Position numbers and translations under genes: made by a program | Assembly (NCBI RefSeq): GCF_006345805.1 | Contig: NC_043008.1 | Coordinates: 66,154,001 to 66,218,000, forward strand | DNA: 64,000 bases | Direction of reading: 5' to 3' | From: Octopus sinensis | Lineage: Eukaryota | Notes under the pieces: model-generated | Told to the model about the DNA's origin: nothing | Databases searched by the model: none | The model's input: only the letters and a program-made list of their open reading frames with translations | In this document: piece by piece, positions 51,892-64,000 of the stretch | Layout: the number at the start of each line of letters is the position of its first letter | Numbering within the stretch: the first letter of the stretch is position 1

Positions 51892-53589
51892 TAATTTTAA
51901 CACTATCATCGAAGACTTTGCAATTAAATTTTTTAAAAAAGCAAAGGAGAAAACTTTTTGAATATAAATAAAGTGGAAGCATACAAAAAAAGCAATATTT
52001 TCCATCTTATTGTTTGTTTTGTATCATTTTGTTTTGTATCATTTTGAAAAATAAAAATTCATTTTATTGTTTATCGTCCTTTACACTTTGAATTATTTTT
52101 ATTTACATTTTGAACCATTTAACTAACACAAACTAACACTGATTGTCAAACGGTGCGAGACATGTGCACAACGTGTGTAGGATAAAATCCAACTAGGACC
52201 AAAGCTCCTAGAAAAAACCCTAGGGGAAAACTCCTGAAGACGAAAACCCACGAGGACAAAAAAATTTTTAGTTATAATCTTTGTTCTTATTATTTGTAGT
52301 TTACATAAATTACACTGTGTAACACGATTTTTGTCCTTGGGAAGCAACTGTTATTTCTTATATCCCAATCAAAGTATGAAAAATGGCTAATATTTCCTTC
52401 AAACTTTGCTTTTCTTACATATAATTCAAACCCCAAAGAATCTCTTTCAACACATGGCTATGATGATCCCCCACTACTCCTGCTCATGATCAGAGATGTA
52501 CATATTGTCAGCCACTAAGAGACATGCTCATGTGATTAAGGTCAAGCAAATGGAAAATAAATCTAAGGCAGTGAGCAGAATATTTGTTATAACGATATTT
52601 CTGCTTCAGCAACCCGGCGTTGGATCTGTCTGAAATCTAATGGAAAATAGTTCAGTTTCATAACATTGATGTCCTGTTGACAAAAGCAAAGTTTGAAGGG
52701 AATAATAGTCATTTCCTTTGATTTCTAGGTAGAAACAAATAGGAAATAACATTTACTAACCAAAGGCAAAAAATATATAAATTTTGTTACACTGTGTTAC
52801 ATAATAACACCAATCACAAAAATGAGTATAATAAAAAGAACATCATACCATATCTTTGGAAAATTAAAACAAACTTGAGGGCACCAAAACCTTTTAAGTG
52901 CTTAGGGCCTCTATGGGTCTTAATCCAGCCCTGCATACATCTAAAGCAAAGATTTTTCAGGGCCTCTTAAAATACTGTTGTGGATCCCCAATTTACTAAT
53001 TTGTTACGTGGAACCCTAAAAAGGGGCCATACAACCCTGGTTGAGAACCACTGGGATAGATAGAGTAATGATTAAAAACTATTCTATCCGTGAGAATCCT
53101 TGTTTTTCTTTCAGACACAGTGCAAAGAGGGGATCTTTTCTGTTTAGCTGCACATTTTCAATATCTTCAATTCCTGCTCGAATTGATTTAATACTGTTTT
53201 ATTTACAGTTGACATGTGCTGTCACGCACAAAATGACAGCTTCCAAATCTTGTTTTCAGACTGGATGAAAGTTAACAAACTTTAAACCCCTTAACTTTTA
53301 AAAAAAAATTTTTGTTGAAAAATCGAAATATCTCCTGAAATTCAGCTTGGAAAACTACATTAATGTACCAAATTTCAAAATTTTCAATAAACTGGATTTT
53401 CGAAATTTGGCAGCCAAACTGAGAAGATCTGATATAGGACTACATTATCCAATATATTCTTTGTTTCAAGACAACTGGGGGTGGATTTAATGAAAATTTG
53501 GCTGCTATTTCTAACAGATAGAGCGATGCTATATAGGCGTTCCTCGTTAATACGTTTAAGTTTCTTTCGTTGTTGACTTAGATGTTGTA

Positions 53590-53622
53590 GGTGCTTGTTG
53601 TTACTGTTGTTGATGGTGATGG

Positions 53623-53659
<37 letters not shown>

Positions 53660-54480
53660 AGTGCTAGTAGTCGTGGTGGTGGCTGCGATGATGGCTGTGG
53701 TGGTGGTTGCGGTGGTGTTGGTGATTTTCATGGTGATGCTGTTAATGTTCTTGGTGGCAATGGGGGTTAGGGTAGTGGTGGCGTTGTCGTTGTTCACGGT
53801 GAGGATATTGTGATGGTGGTGGTTGTGGTGGTGGTGGTAGTGGTGATGGTGGTGGTGGTGGTGGTGCTGGTGGTGGTGCTGGTGATGCTGGTTTTGGTGT
53901 TGGTGGTTGTGACGGAAGTGGTGATGGTGGTGGTGACGGAAGTAACGTTAGGGTAAGTGGTGACGGTGGTAGTGGTATTTTTATTCTTGATGATGATGAT
54001 GATGACGGTTTTTTATTATTGTTTTTGTTATTGATGATGATGATGATGATAAGTTGATAATGGTATGCTGAAGAGGTGGAGGAGGAGGAGGAAGAGGAGG
54101 GCGGCGGATGCGGAGGCGGCGGTGGAGGCGGTGGCGGAGGCGGTGGCGGAGGCGGCGGCGTCGGTGGCGGGGGTGGCGTGGTGGTAGTGGTGGTAGTGGT
54201 GGGGTGGTGGTGGTGGTGGTGGTGGTGGTGGTGGTGGGGTGGTGGTGGTGGTAGTGGTGGTGGTGGTGGTGGGGGTGGTGACGGTGGCAGGGGTGTCAGT
54301 GGTAGTGGTGGTGGTGGTGGTGGTGGTGGTGATGTTTTTTGCTGTTGTTATCGTAGATGAGAGTACTGTTTGTGTTGCTATTTTTGTTGTTGTCGTTGTT
54401 GTTACTGCTTTTATTGTTACTGTTGTTGTTGTTGTTTTTGTTGTTGTTGTTGTTGTTGTTACTGTTTATCTCTTCCTCAT
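53590..54480. repeat. Compound trinucleotide array (GAT/GGT/GGC/GTT)n
   Basis: Low complexity, G-rich on the plus strand. Confidence 0.9.
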
Positions 54481-54633
54481 CGCTAGATGTTATAAAGCTG
54501 TAATCTCACTGAATATTCTCTTCAGAAAAGCAGTCAACCGTGGAAGATAATTCGACGGTGTGGCTAAGTGTATTAGCGTACGTGTGAACAGTTTTCAAGT
54601 ATGTGCGTGCGTATATAGGAGTACGTGTGTGTT

Positions 54634-54668
<35 letters not shown>

Positions 54669-54795
54669 GTGGATATAAATATACCCCGGTACGAATAAAA
54701 CATTTTAAACTCGTGTCTGTATGTGTGTGAAAGCGTGCATATATGCATAAGTGAAGGTGTGTGCATGTGTACGAGTGTGTGTCTGTATGTATGTG

Positions 54796-54828
<33 letters not shown>

Positions 54829-54902
54829 GCATGTATGTATGTATACATGTATGCATGTATGTATGTGTGTATGCATGTATATATGTATGTATATATACAT
54901 AA

Positions 54903-54938
<36 letters not shown>

Positions 54939-55091
54939 ATGTATGTATGTATGTATGTGTGTACGTATGTATGTGTGTATGTATACATGTTTGTATGCAT
55001 GTATGTATATGTATATGTATATATATGTGTATATATATATGGGTATATATATATATGGATATATATGGGTATATATATATATGGATATATA

Positions 55092-55122
<31 letters not shown>

Positions 55123-55195
55123 GATATATATGCATGTGTGTGTATGTATATATGTGCGAGAGTAGACAGACACACAGACAGACAGACAGACAGAC

Positions 55196-55273
<78 letters not shown>

Positions 55274-55380
55274 GCGCGCTCACTCGGGTACACACGCACA
55301 CACAGATACCGTGATGAAACCTACGATCGTCGAAACTTCGAAATCACTGTGAAATTTCCTCTTATAAAAATACATGTGTA

Positions 55381-56310
55381 CGCGGGGATACCCAAAAGTA
55401 ACCAGAAACGTATTCGGCGAGGCAAGCTCGTCGTAGTTCAGGCTTCCGCCGCAAGAATCCACTTGATATGACCCTCAGACATCTCAGTCTGCCGGCCGGC
55501 TTCATAGGGTGGAGTACTTCTCCCTTGTTCGTCGACTTTTGCGATGACTGAGACGAAAGAACAGCGTACTTCCGTGAAATTCTGTTTTCTGTTGGGGAAA
55601 ACAGCGGCCGAAACAGTTGTAACAGGATGAGAGTTAAGGAACACTGGAGGGGTGTCCGATCTGATCCTATCACATACAATTTAAGTTGAATAAACGGAGA
55701 TAAAGTCAGGCGGTCTTCGATAACAGTAAAGTGGTGGTTTATTCTGCGATTACAGGCAAGAACTAGTGCACGTGTATCTCTACTAGGGAAACCGGCAGCC
55801 GATGCTTTCTTGTGCGAGTCTAGATGATTCGTCGGTTCGCTCCCGCTTCGTTGGGGTGAGGTTCTCTGAGTGCAGGGTTGTTCTCTGAGAGAAAGTCAAA
55901 CCACGTCCGACCGCTAGCGCTGCCAATGCCAGAAAGGCCGATTCAGCGGTCAGGCTTTTAGGTTCCAGTTCCTGCACATGCGCATGAGGAAAACTTCCGG
56001 TGGCCAACCGGAAGTAATCCAATTCTGCGCATGTGCGCTGAAACTTACACTGCAGCATCACTACACAGTTGTCGTGCATCAAACAGCTTACAAGGACACT
56101 GCCATGTGCAAAACACAAGTTTACGAGTGGTTTCCACACTTCAGGAATGATCACTTGAAGACCAATTCCGTTCAAGGCGACCGTCCACCTCCAGAATGAA
56201 TGAAAACATTGCGAAAATACTTGAACTGATCATGGAGGACCGTCGCCGAACAATTAACGAACTTGTTGATATGACTGGTGTAACCTGGAGCTCCTGCCAG
56301 CGAATTTTGA
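55381..56310 (+). mobile_element. Mariner 5' half (HTH region), split by a solo LTR
   Basis: TA|CGCGGGGATACCCAAAAG; EQRTSVKFCFLLGKTAAETV|VVHQTAYKDTAMCKTQVYEWF; EDRRRTINEL. Confidence 0.88.
55618..56065. mobile_element. Solo LTR, 448 bp (Ty3/gypsy-like by 4-bp TSD)
   Basis: TGTA...TACA ends; TSD CAGT (55614-55617/56066-56069); removing it restores the mariner AETVV reading. Confidence 0.85.
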
Positions 56311-56949
56311 GCAAGCAATAGGAAGAATGTTATTTTCTCTGACGAGTCATCTTTTACCTTATTTCCGACCACCGGCCGAGTATACGTGTGGAGACAGCCA
56401 AAAGAAGCATTTGACCCAGACTGCCTTTTCCAACTGTTAAACATGGAGGAGGATCTGTGATGACATCGTGGGGCTGTATCTTGGAAATCCGCCGGTCCAA
56501 TGGTTTCCCTTCAGGACAGAATTAATCATCAAGACTAAGCAGTTTATCTGATCAAATCCATCCTATGGTTGCAGAACTGTTTCCGGAGGGAAACACAATC
56601 TTTCAGGATGATAATGCACCGATTTACACAGCTAAAGTTGTTACTGAATGGCACGAGGAACATTCCGGTGAAGTTGAACAGCTTATCTAGCCACCACAGT
56701 CCCCAAATCTCAGTATTATTAAACATATATGGTGCATTTTAGAAAAACAAGTAAGGAGTCGATATCCTCCACCATCATCACTACAAGAACTGGAGACTGT
56801 TTTAGCTGAAGAATGGACAAAAATTCCTTTAGAAACAATTCAAACTTTGTATGAGTCCATACCTCGTAGAATTCAAACTGTAATTACTGCCAAAGGTGGT
56901 CCTACCCCATATTAAAATAATTTGTTTGAAATTTTAAGGTGTTTCCATT

Positions 56950-57810
56950 CTTTACATTATTTACATTATTTATATTTGACGGATATTTGTCTTCATTTTG
57001 TTTGTTTTTAACACATTTTGGCTGATATACCCTCCAGCCTTCATCAGGTGGCTTGGGGAAATTTTGAACCTGGGTTCTCATTCTTAAGGTATTTTTTGAC
57101 ATTATTATTATTATTATTATATATTACTATATTATTATTATTATTATTAGTATTATATTATTTTTATTTTTATATTATTATGATTATTATTATTATTATA
57201 TTATTATTATGATTATCATTATATTATTATTGTGGAGGTGCAATGGCCCAGTGGTTAGGGCAGCGGACTCGCGGTCATATTGATCGCGGTTTCGATTCCC
57301 GAACCGGGCATTGTGAGTGTTATTGAGCGAAAACACCTAAAGCTCCACAAGGCTCCGCAGGGATGGTGGTGATCCCTGCTGTACTCTTTCACCACAACTT
57401 TTCTCTCACTCTTATTTCCTGTTTCTGTGTGTACCTGTATTTCAAAGGGCCGGCCTTGTCACTCTCTGTGTCACGCTGAATATCCCCGAGAAACTACGTT
57501 AAGGGTACACGTGTCTGTGGAGTGCTCAGCCACTTACACGTTTAATTTCACGAGCAGGCTGTTCCGTTGATTCGGATCAACCGGAACCCTCGTCGTCGTA
57601 ACCGACGGAGTGCTTCCATATTATTATTATTATTATATTATTATTATTATTATTATTATCATTATTATTATTATTATTATATATTATTATTATATTATTT
57701 ATTATTATTAAGGTCACTGCCTGGAATCGAACTCGGAATCTTGGGGTTAGTAACACGCGCTCTTAATCACTACACCATATGCCCGTTGGCATATGGCGTA
57801 GTGGTTAAGA
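56950..57810 (-). mobile_element. Family E second copy, with a family B SINE inserted in its (AAT)n
   Basis: About 9-bp TSD GTTTCCATT/GTTTCCGTT; 5' palindrome 57760-57811; decayed HHR at about 57010-57060. Confidence 0.85.
57232..57618 (+). mobile_element. SINE family B, tail type 2
   Basis: Near-identical to 6891-7278. Confidence 0.9.
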
Positions 57811-57840
57811 GTTTCCGTTAGTTTGTCCAATCCCTGTATG

Positions 57841-58140
57841 TGAAGGTGCACGACTCGGTGGTTAGAGCGTCGAGCTCACAATCATGAGGTTGTGAGTACG
57901 ATTCCTGGATAGCGCTGCGTGTTGTGTTCTTGAGCAAGACACTTTATTTCATGTTGCTTCAATTCACTCAGTTGTCAAAATGAGTTGCAACGTCACTGAT
58001 GCCAAGCTGTATCGACCTTTGTCTTTCCCTTGGATAACATCGGTGACTTGGAGAGGGAAGGCTGGTATGCATGGGCCACTGCTGTTCTTCCTTAAAAAAA
58101 ACCTTTCCTGGACTAGTGCGTCGGAGGGTAATTTTGTAGG
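57841..58140 (+). mobile_element. SINE family C
   Basis: Colinear with 17431-17760. Confidence 0.85.
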
Positions 58141-58378
58141 TAATTTTAGGGCGACTTTTAAGCTAGCTCTTGTGGAAGGCTCTTCATTAGGCATTGGACC
58201 CAACAATGACACTTCATGCATTGAGTACGGATTAAATTGTATGAAACTTGACGAATATTTTTCAAGCAATGAACAATTTTCGTCAAAACAATAATATAAT
58301 ATGTCGACTTGGAACTTATTGCAAAGTTCCTTGATAAACAACATTCAGGGGGGTCAGTACAATGTTTTTCGGTCTAAC

Positions 58379-58431
<53 letters not shown>

Positions 58432-58889
58432 CTCTCTCACACACTCTCTCTCTCTCTCTCTCTCTTTCTTTCTGTTGATTGTTTTCGACCATCACCATCA
58501 TCAATACCACCACCATCGCCACCACAACTGCTATAAACACACCATTCATACTTCTGACGCCACCACCATCAACACCTTTGACTTCGCCGCCTTCCCCTCC
58601 ACCACCATCACCATTGCCTTTCACATCTCTTACTATCACCATTATGCTTGACCGCCTCAGCTACCACCACCACCACCATCATCATCATCGTCACCTCCGC
58701 CTCTATCACAACTACAGCTCATACTATTACTATCACCACATTACTATCTCAACTGTCAATCTACTACCACCCTCACCGTCTCTATGCCTACTATTACTCT
58801 CACCTCACCAAGAAGAATAGAAGTGTCATTGAATAGTGAGAGAGGGGGGTCAAAGTGTGACACACTGACACACAGAAATTCGTTTTGGC

Positions 58890-58943
<54 letters not shown>

Positions 58944-58960
58944 TATTATCATTATTATTA

Positions 58961-59031
<71 letters not shown>

Positions 59032-59217
59032 GCTTGCTTTTATGTTCAGCTATAAAAACAATTTTACATTAATCTAATGGTTACTCTATACTTTTGTAGA
59101 GTACAGATTTATCATTCTTATACAAAATGCTGTTGACAGTAACTTCAAAGTTTCGATTAGTTAAGCCACTGTCGTGCCTTTTGCCTTTAAATTGTCTCCG
59201 TTCAGTTAAAAATCATC

Positions 59218-59610
59218 TTTGGGTATGTAGATTTAAGTTTGGGTGGTGATTAAGTTTTTGAGGAAAGGCGTTTTTGAAAAATTTTTGTTTAAATATCGGG
59301 TTATGTTAGCGTTTAGAATTTATTCATGCGAGAACTTTGTAAAGAAGCCTATAAATGTTCCTCTTTTGTCAGGTGGGCACAAGGTTTGACAGTATTTTTG
59401 TTGCTTTTGAAATTATTGGATTTAATCCATTTATTTTACACCTCCTGCCTAACAAAAGACAAACACCTACAAGCTTATTTACAAAGCTCTACATGCATGA
59501 ATAAATTCTAAGCGATAGCATAACCCCAAATTTATTCATAAAAATTTTCCCAAGACACCTTTCCATAAAAACTTAATTACCATCCCGCTCGAACCCCTAC
59601 ACCCAATGAT
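59218..59610. mobile_element. Old fold-back MITE with ~160-bp diverged inverted arms
   Basis: e.g. TTAGAATTTATTCATGC versus GCATGAATAAATTCTAA. Confidence 0.6.
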
Positions 59611-59817
59611 GATGTTTAACTCAACAACAATGTCACTCGGTACAGTGCCTCATGAAGTCACCGCTAGCTCTCACTGCGCATGAAACAATATGTTGCCATC
59701 TGCTGGCTCGCTACAGAACTAGTCCGGGAATCAACTCTTTTGATACCATGTATACATACAAAACACACACACACACACATATTTATATAATATAATATAT
59801 TATATATATATATAATA

Positions 59818-59867
<50 letters not shown>

Positions 59868-60010
59868 GATATATATATATAATATATAATATATATATAT
59901 ATATATATATGTCTCTATATATATATGTATATATAGTATATATACATATATATACATATATATAACATATATATTTATAATATATTTATATATACATATA
60001 TTATATATAT

Positions 60011-60052
<42 letters not shown>

Positions 60053-60609
60053 ATATATTATATATGTCGTATATATATGTATATATATATAAAATTTAGA
60101 TAAAAACCACTATTAAACAATTCAATAAAGAAAGATGTACAGAAAAACAATACTAATAAAAAAACTTATTTTAAATCAATAAAGTACACTAAAGAGTAAA
60201 TAGTATTTACTATTTATTGTACTTTATTGATTTAGGATAAGGCGGGCCATTCAGAAAGCAACACGAGCCGCAATTTGCCCATGTCTTTTATAGAGCCGCC
60301 TAGTGCAATGATTTACCTGGAGCTTATGATGATGCTCTGACTGCAGTGGTGCGACGGAGAATATGTCTTCATTCGTATAAAACTAGGGCAAAATCTATTC
60401 AAAAGTGTTCGATTAAAATTATCTTCAGCATCAAGATTACAAGGCAGAATTTAATTGGGCGAGACGAAATTCTAGAATGCATTTAGCCATGTCATCAACA
60501 CGTGCTAGCTCTTCACACATACAAAGTGAGGAATTTCTTTGTAAGTCAGTGGTTTGGCAAAAACAGTGGAGCTTCACTCCTAGTTTTCTTAATACAAACT
60601 TTCGCATGA

Positions 60610-60664
<55 letters not shown>

Positions 60665-60970
60665 CTCTCTCTCCTCTCTCCCTATCTCTCTCTCACTCAT
60701 TCTCTCTCGCTCGTTCAATCCCACCCATCAATCGCATAAATGCATACGTATTTAGATCGATTCAATCGACTAAACGTTTCCCGTATATATATATATATTA
60801 AAAATGGGAAAGGTGGATTTATAGGATTAGCTTAGGTTTCCCGTCCATAAAGGGTTTGTTTTTATGGCGAATCGTCAGATCCCATAAACCGGCATTCCCC
60901 ATTTTTAATATATAATGCTCTACATCTTACAGTGCGCTTCTTCTTTCGGATTTGTTTTTACAAACGATCC

Positions 60971-61017
<47 letters not shown>

Positions 61018-61121
61018 ATATATATATGTATAGTTGAAATTTATAGAAAAACAAAAGACGAAAACAGGGATATGAACAACAAGCAGGTGTATTACTTTGA
61101 CGCTCAGGAAAATGAAAAAGT

Positions 61122-61157
61122 CTTTCACGTTTCGAGCCTACGCTCTTCAACAGAAAG
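61122..61157 (-). ncRNA. Minimal hammerhead-like variant (A6U core, non-cleavable G17 in this copy)
   Basis: CTTT-CTGTTGA-A-GAGC(gtag)GCTC-GAA-ACGT-G-AAAG; duplicate at 63233-63269. Confidence 0.45.
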
Positions 61158-61375
61158 GAATAAGAGAAAATAAACAGGGAATTTTTAAAAACTTGTAAAT
61201 TTAGCGGTAACGATTCTGCCAGCTCGCTGCTCTAATAACAATAATAATCCTTTCTACTCTGGCATGTAGCGAACTTTAGTGAACTTCCTCTCTCTGTTAT
61301 ATATACACACATACGAACATAGCAGGTAACAGTTAACCTTCGGACGCTGTTTTGGACCCCGTTGTGTCTACCACT

Positions 61376-61513
61376 CTGATTGGTTGGTATGGGCGCAATT
61401 TGTCTCTTACTCTATCGCGCGCCAATATGCAACTCAACCAATCGCAGCCTCCAAATAAATCATGTGAGACAGTCTGTTCTAAACTACATTTGAGCCTACC
61501 GTTAGCTATAAAA
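61376..61513 (+). promoter_or_regulatory. Promoter-like cluster: three CCAAT boxes, E-box and TATAAAA
   Basis: ATTGG 61379, CCAAT 61422 and 61438, TCATGTGA 61460, TATAAAA 61507; may belong to an LTR. Confidence 0.4.
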
Positions 61514-62198
61514 ACTCACTTCCTCCTAGTCTCGAGGTCTGTTGGTTCCAGACCTTCTGAGGTCTAACCACTGACCACATTACAGCGACCTCCATTTTCG
61601 TCGCCACCATCATGTCTCTCACCAACATCATCTCTTTTCTCTCTCCCTCTCTCCCTTACCAAATCGCTTTCATTTCTCAATACCATTGTTAAAAGCATTT
61701 TATCTACTTACAAAGCCACATACAATGCTTCACCTAAGCTACCATTGTTCAAAATAAGACATTTCTTACTTTGAAAAGTTTATTTATTCCGAAAAATAAT
61801 CAAAAACACAATTCGCCATTCATAAATATCTCTTCAGACAGCTTAACAATAGTTATTCGTTTTAGATTTTTTTTTCTTTTTTAGTCGCTGTACTTTTCAT
61901 AAATTACTTTTTAGATAAGAAATATCACCAATCTATCAATCTATTTAGCTAACAAGTAAACTATCCATTTACCTGTCTATTTATATCTATCTGCCTGACT
62001 GTCTAAGTTTTACATCGATCTCTCTCAGTCTACTTATTACACAAACATCCCAAATTTACAGGTGTTGTTTGTCCATCTTCCTTCTCTTCCATCATTTCAG
62101 AACGATAGCTGAATCATTAACTTCTTTCAGCCATTAACAAGAAATCTGGCTGCCTTCACTTTCATGACAGTAAGTTAAATTAGTAATATCCTTTACCG

Positions 62199-62298
62199 NN
62201 NNNNNNNNNNNNNNNNNNNNNNNNNNNNNNNNNNNNNNNNNNNNNNNNNNNNNNNNNNNNNNNNNNNNNNNNNNNNNNNNNNNNNNNNNNNNNNNNNN
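62199..62298. other. Assembly gap (100 N)
   Basis: Run of N. Confidence 1.
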
Positions 62299-64000
62299 TA
62301 AATAGTATTTACTATTTATTGTACTTTATTGATTTAGGATAAGGCGGGGCCATTCAGAAAGCCAAACGAGCCGCAATTTGCCCATGTCTTTTATAGAGCC
62401 GCCTAGTGCAATGATTTACCTGGAGCTTATGATGATGCTCGACTGCAGTGGTGCGACGGAGAATATGTCTTCATTCGTATAAAACTAGGGCAAAATCTAT
62501 TCAAAAGTGTTCGATTAAAATTATCTTCCATCATCAAGATTACAAGGCAGAATTTAATGGGCGAGACGAATTCTAGATGCATTTAGCCATGTCATCAACA
62601 CGTGCTAGCTCGTCACCATACAAAGTGAGGAATTTCTTTGTAAGTCAGTGGTTTGGCAAAAACAGTGGAGCTTCACTCCTAGTTTTCTTAATACAAACTT
62701 TCGCATGACTGACTCTCTCTCTCTCTCTCTCTCGCTCTCCGATCCTCTCCTCTCTCTTCTCTCTCTCTCTCTCACTCTCTCTCCTCTCTCCTCGTTCTAT
62801 CTCTCTCTCACTCATTCTCTCTTCTCTCTTCGATCGTTCAATCCCACCCATCAATCGCATAAATGCATACGTATTTAGATCGATAATCGACTAAACGTTT
62901 CCCGTATATATATATATATTAAAGGGAAAGGTGGATTATAGGATTAGCTTAGGTTTCCCGTCCAAAAGGTTTGTTTTTACTGGCGAATCGTCAGATCCCA
63001 TAAACCGGCATTCCCCATTTTTATATATATGCTCTACATCTTACAGTGCGCTTCTTCTTTCGGATTTGTTTTTAACAAACGATCCTATTATATGTGTGTG
63101 TGTGTGTGTGTGTGTCTGTATGTATGTATGTATATATTATGTATAGTTGAAATTTTATAGAAACCAAAAGCCGAAAACAGGGATATGACCACAAGCAGTG
63201 TATTACTTTGACGCTCAGAAAATGAAAAAAGTCTTTCACGTTTCGAGCCTACGCTCTTCAACAAGAAAGGAATAAGAGAAAAAACAGGGAATTTTTAAAA
63301 CTTGTAAATTTAGCGGTAACGATTCTGCCAGCTCGCTGCTCTAATAACAATAATAATCCTTTCTACTCTGGCATGTAGCGAACTTTAGTGAACTTCCTCT
63401 CTCTGTTATATATACACACATACGAACATAGCAGGTAACAGTTAACCTTCGGACGCTGTTTTGGACCCCGTTGTGTCTACCACTCTGATTGGTTGGTATG
63501 GGCGCAATTTGTCTCTTACTCTATCGCGCGCCAATATGCAACTCAACCAATCGCAGCCTCCAAATAAATCATGTGAGACAGTCTGTTCTAAACTACATTT
63601 GAGCCTACCGTTAGCTATAAAAACTCACTTCCTCCTAGTCTCGAGGTCTGTTGGTTCCAGACCTTCTGAGGTCTAACCACTGACCACATTACAGCGACCT
63701 CCATTTTCGTCGCCACCATCATGTCTCTCACCAACATCATCTCTTTTCTCTCTCCCTCTCTCCCTTACCAAATCGCTTTCATTTCTCAATACCATTGTTA
63801 AAAGCATTTTATCTACTTACAAAGCCACATACAATGCTTCACCTAAGCTACCATTGTTCAAAATAAGACATTTCTTACTTTGAAAAGTTTATTTATTCCG
63901 AAAAATAATCAAAAACACAATTCGCCATTCATAAATATCTCTTCAGACAGCTTAACAATAGTTATTCGTTTTAGATTTTTTTTTCTTTTTTAGTCGCTGT

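Larger units (their letters stand above)
50572..53053. mobile_element. hAT (Charlie-like) non-autonomous element with nested insertions
   Basis: TIR CAG(G/T)GGTTCTCAACC; 8-bp TSD GGATAGAG/GGATAGAT. Confidence 0.8.
56311..57836 (+). mobile_element. Tc1 3' half (same family as 30823-32046) with family E inserted in its right TIR
   Basis: NVIFSDESSF, FQDDNAP and QSPNL motifs; TIR remainder ...TTGTCCAATCCCTG|TA at 57820-57838. Confidence 0.9.
60197..64000. other. Direct duplication 60197-61890 = 62299-64000 across a gap (probable assembly artefact)
   Basis: Offset about 2102-2110; second copy starts right after the N run, is indel-rich at first and then identical. Confidence 0.8.

Noticed and set aside
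54076-54550. Poly-Glu/Gly/Val/Trp ORFs resembling glycine-rich proteins
   Set aside because: Open in several frames, drift between trinucleotide motifs, no splice context; simple-repeat array.

Overview
AT-rich, microsatellite-saturated metazoan DNA with two 100-N scaffold gaps (7814-7913, 62199-62298). The tRNA-derived SINE families (CORE-like and Meta/MESC-like domains) look cephalopod, most likely Octopus (inference from recognition, no search run). No host protein-coding exon could be confidently identified, and almost all supplied ORFs are microsatellite translation artefacts. The window is a transposon graveyard. It holds several Tc1/mariner copies, hAT and Kolobok-like MITEs, Helitron derivatives (one with a Pif1-helicase fragment), a solo LTR, LINE fragments (CR1/L2, L1/Tx1, R4-like, CRE) and a decayed Penelope-like element (PLE). 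The least-explained signal is a set of hammerhead-ribozyme (HHR) motifs from several unrelated repeat families, all with a self-palindromic stem III. They include a G3:C8 core-swapped variant and a tRNA-headed SINE-like retroposon carrying an HHR, a 5' fold-back palindrome and target-site duplications (TSDs) in two independent copies. Other points are a 20-bp higher-order telomere-like array, a head-to-tail Helitron array, a mariner/Tc1 chimeric junction, and a probable false duplication across the second gap.
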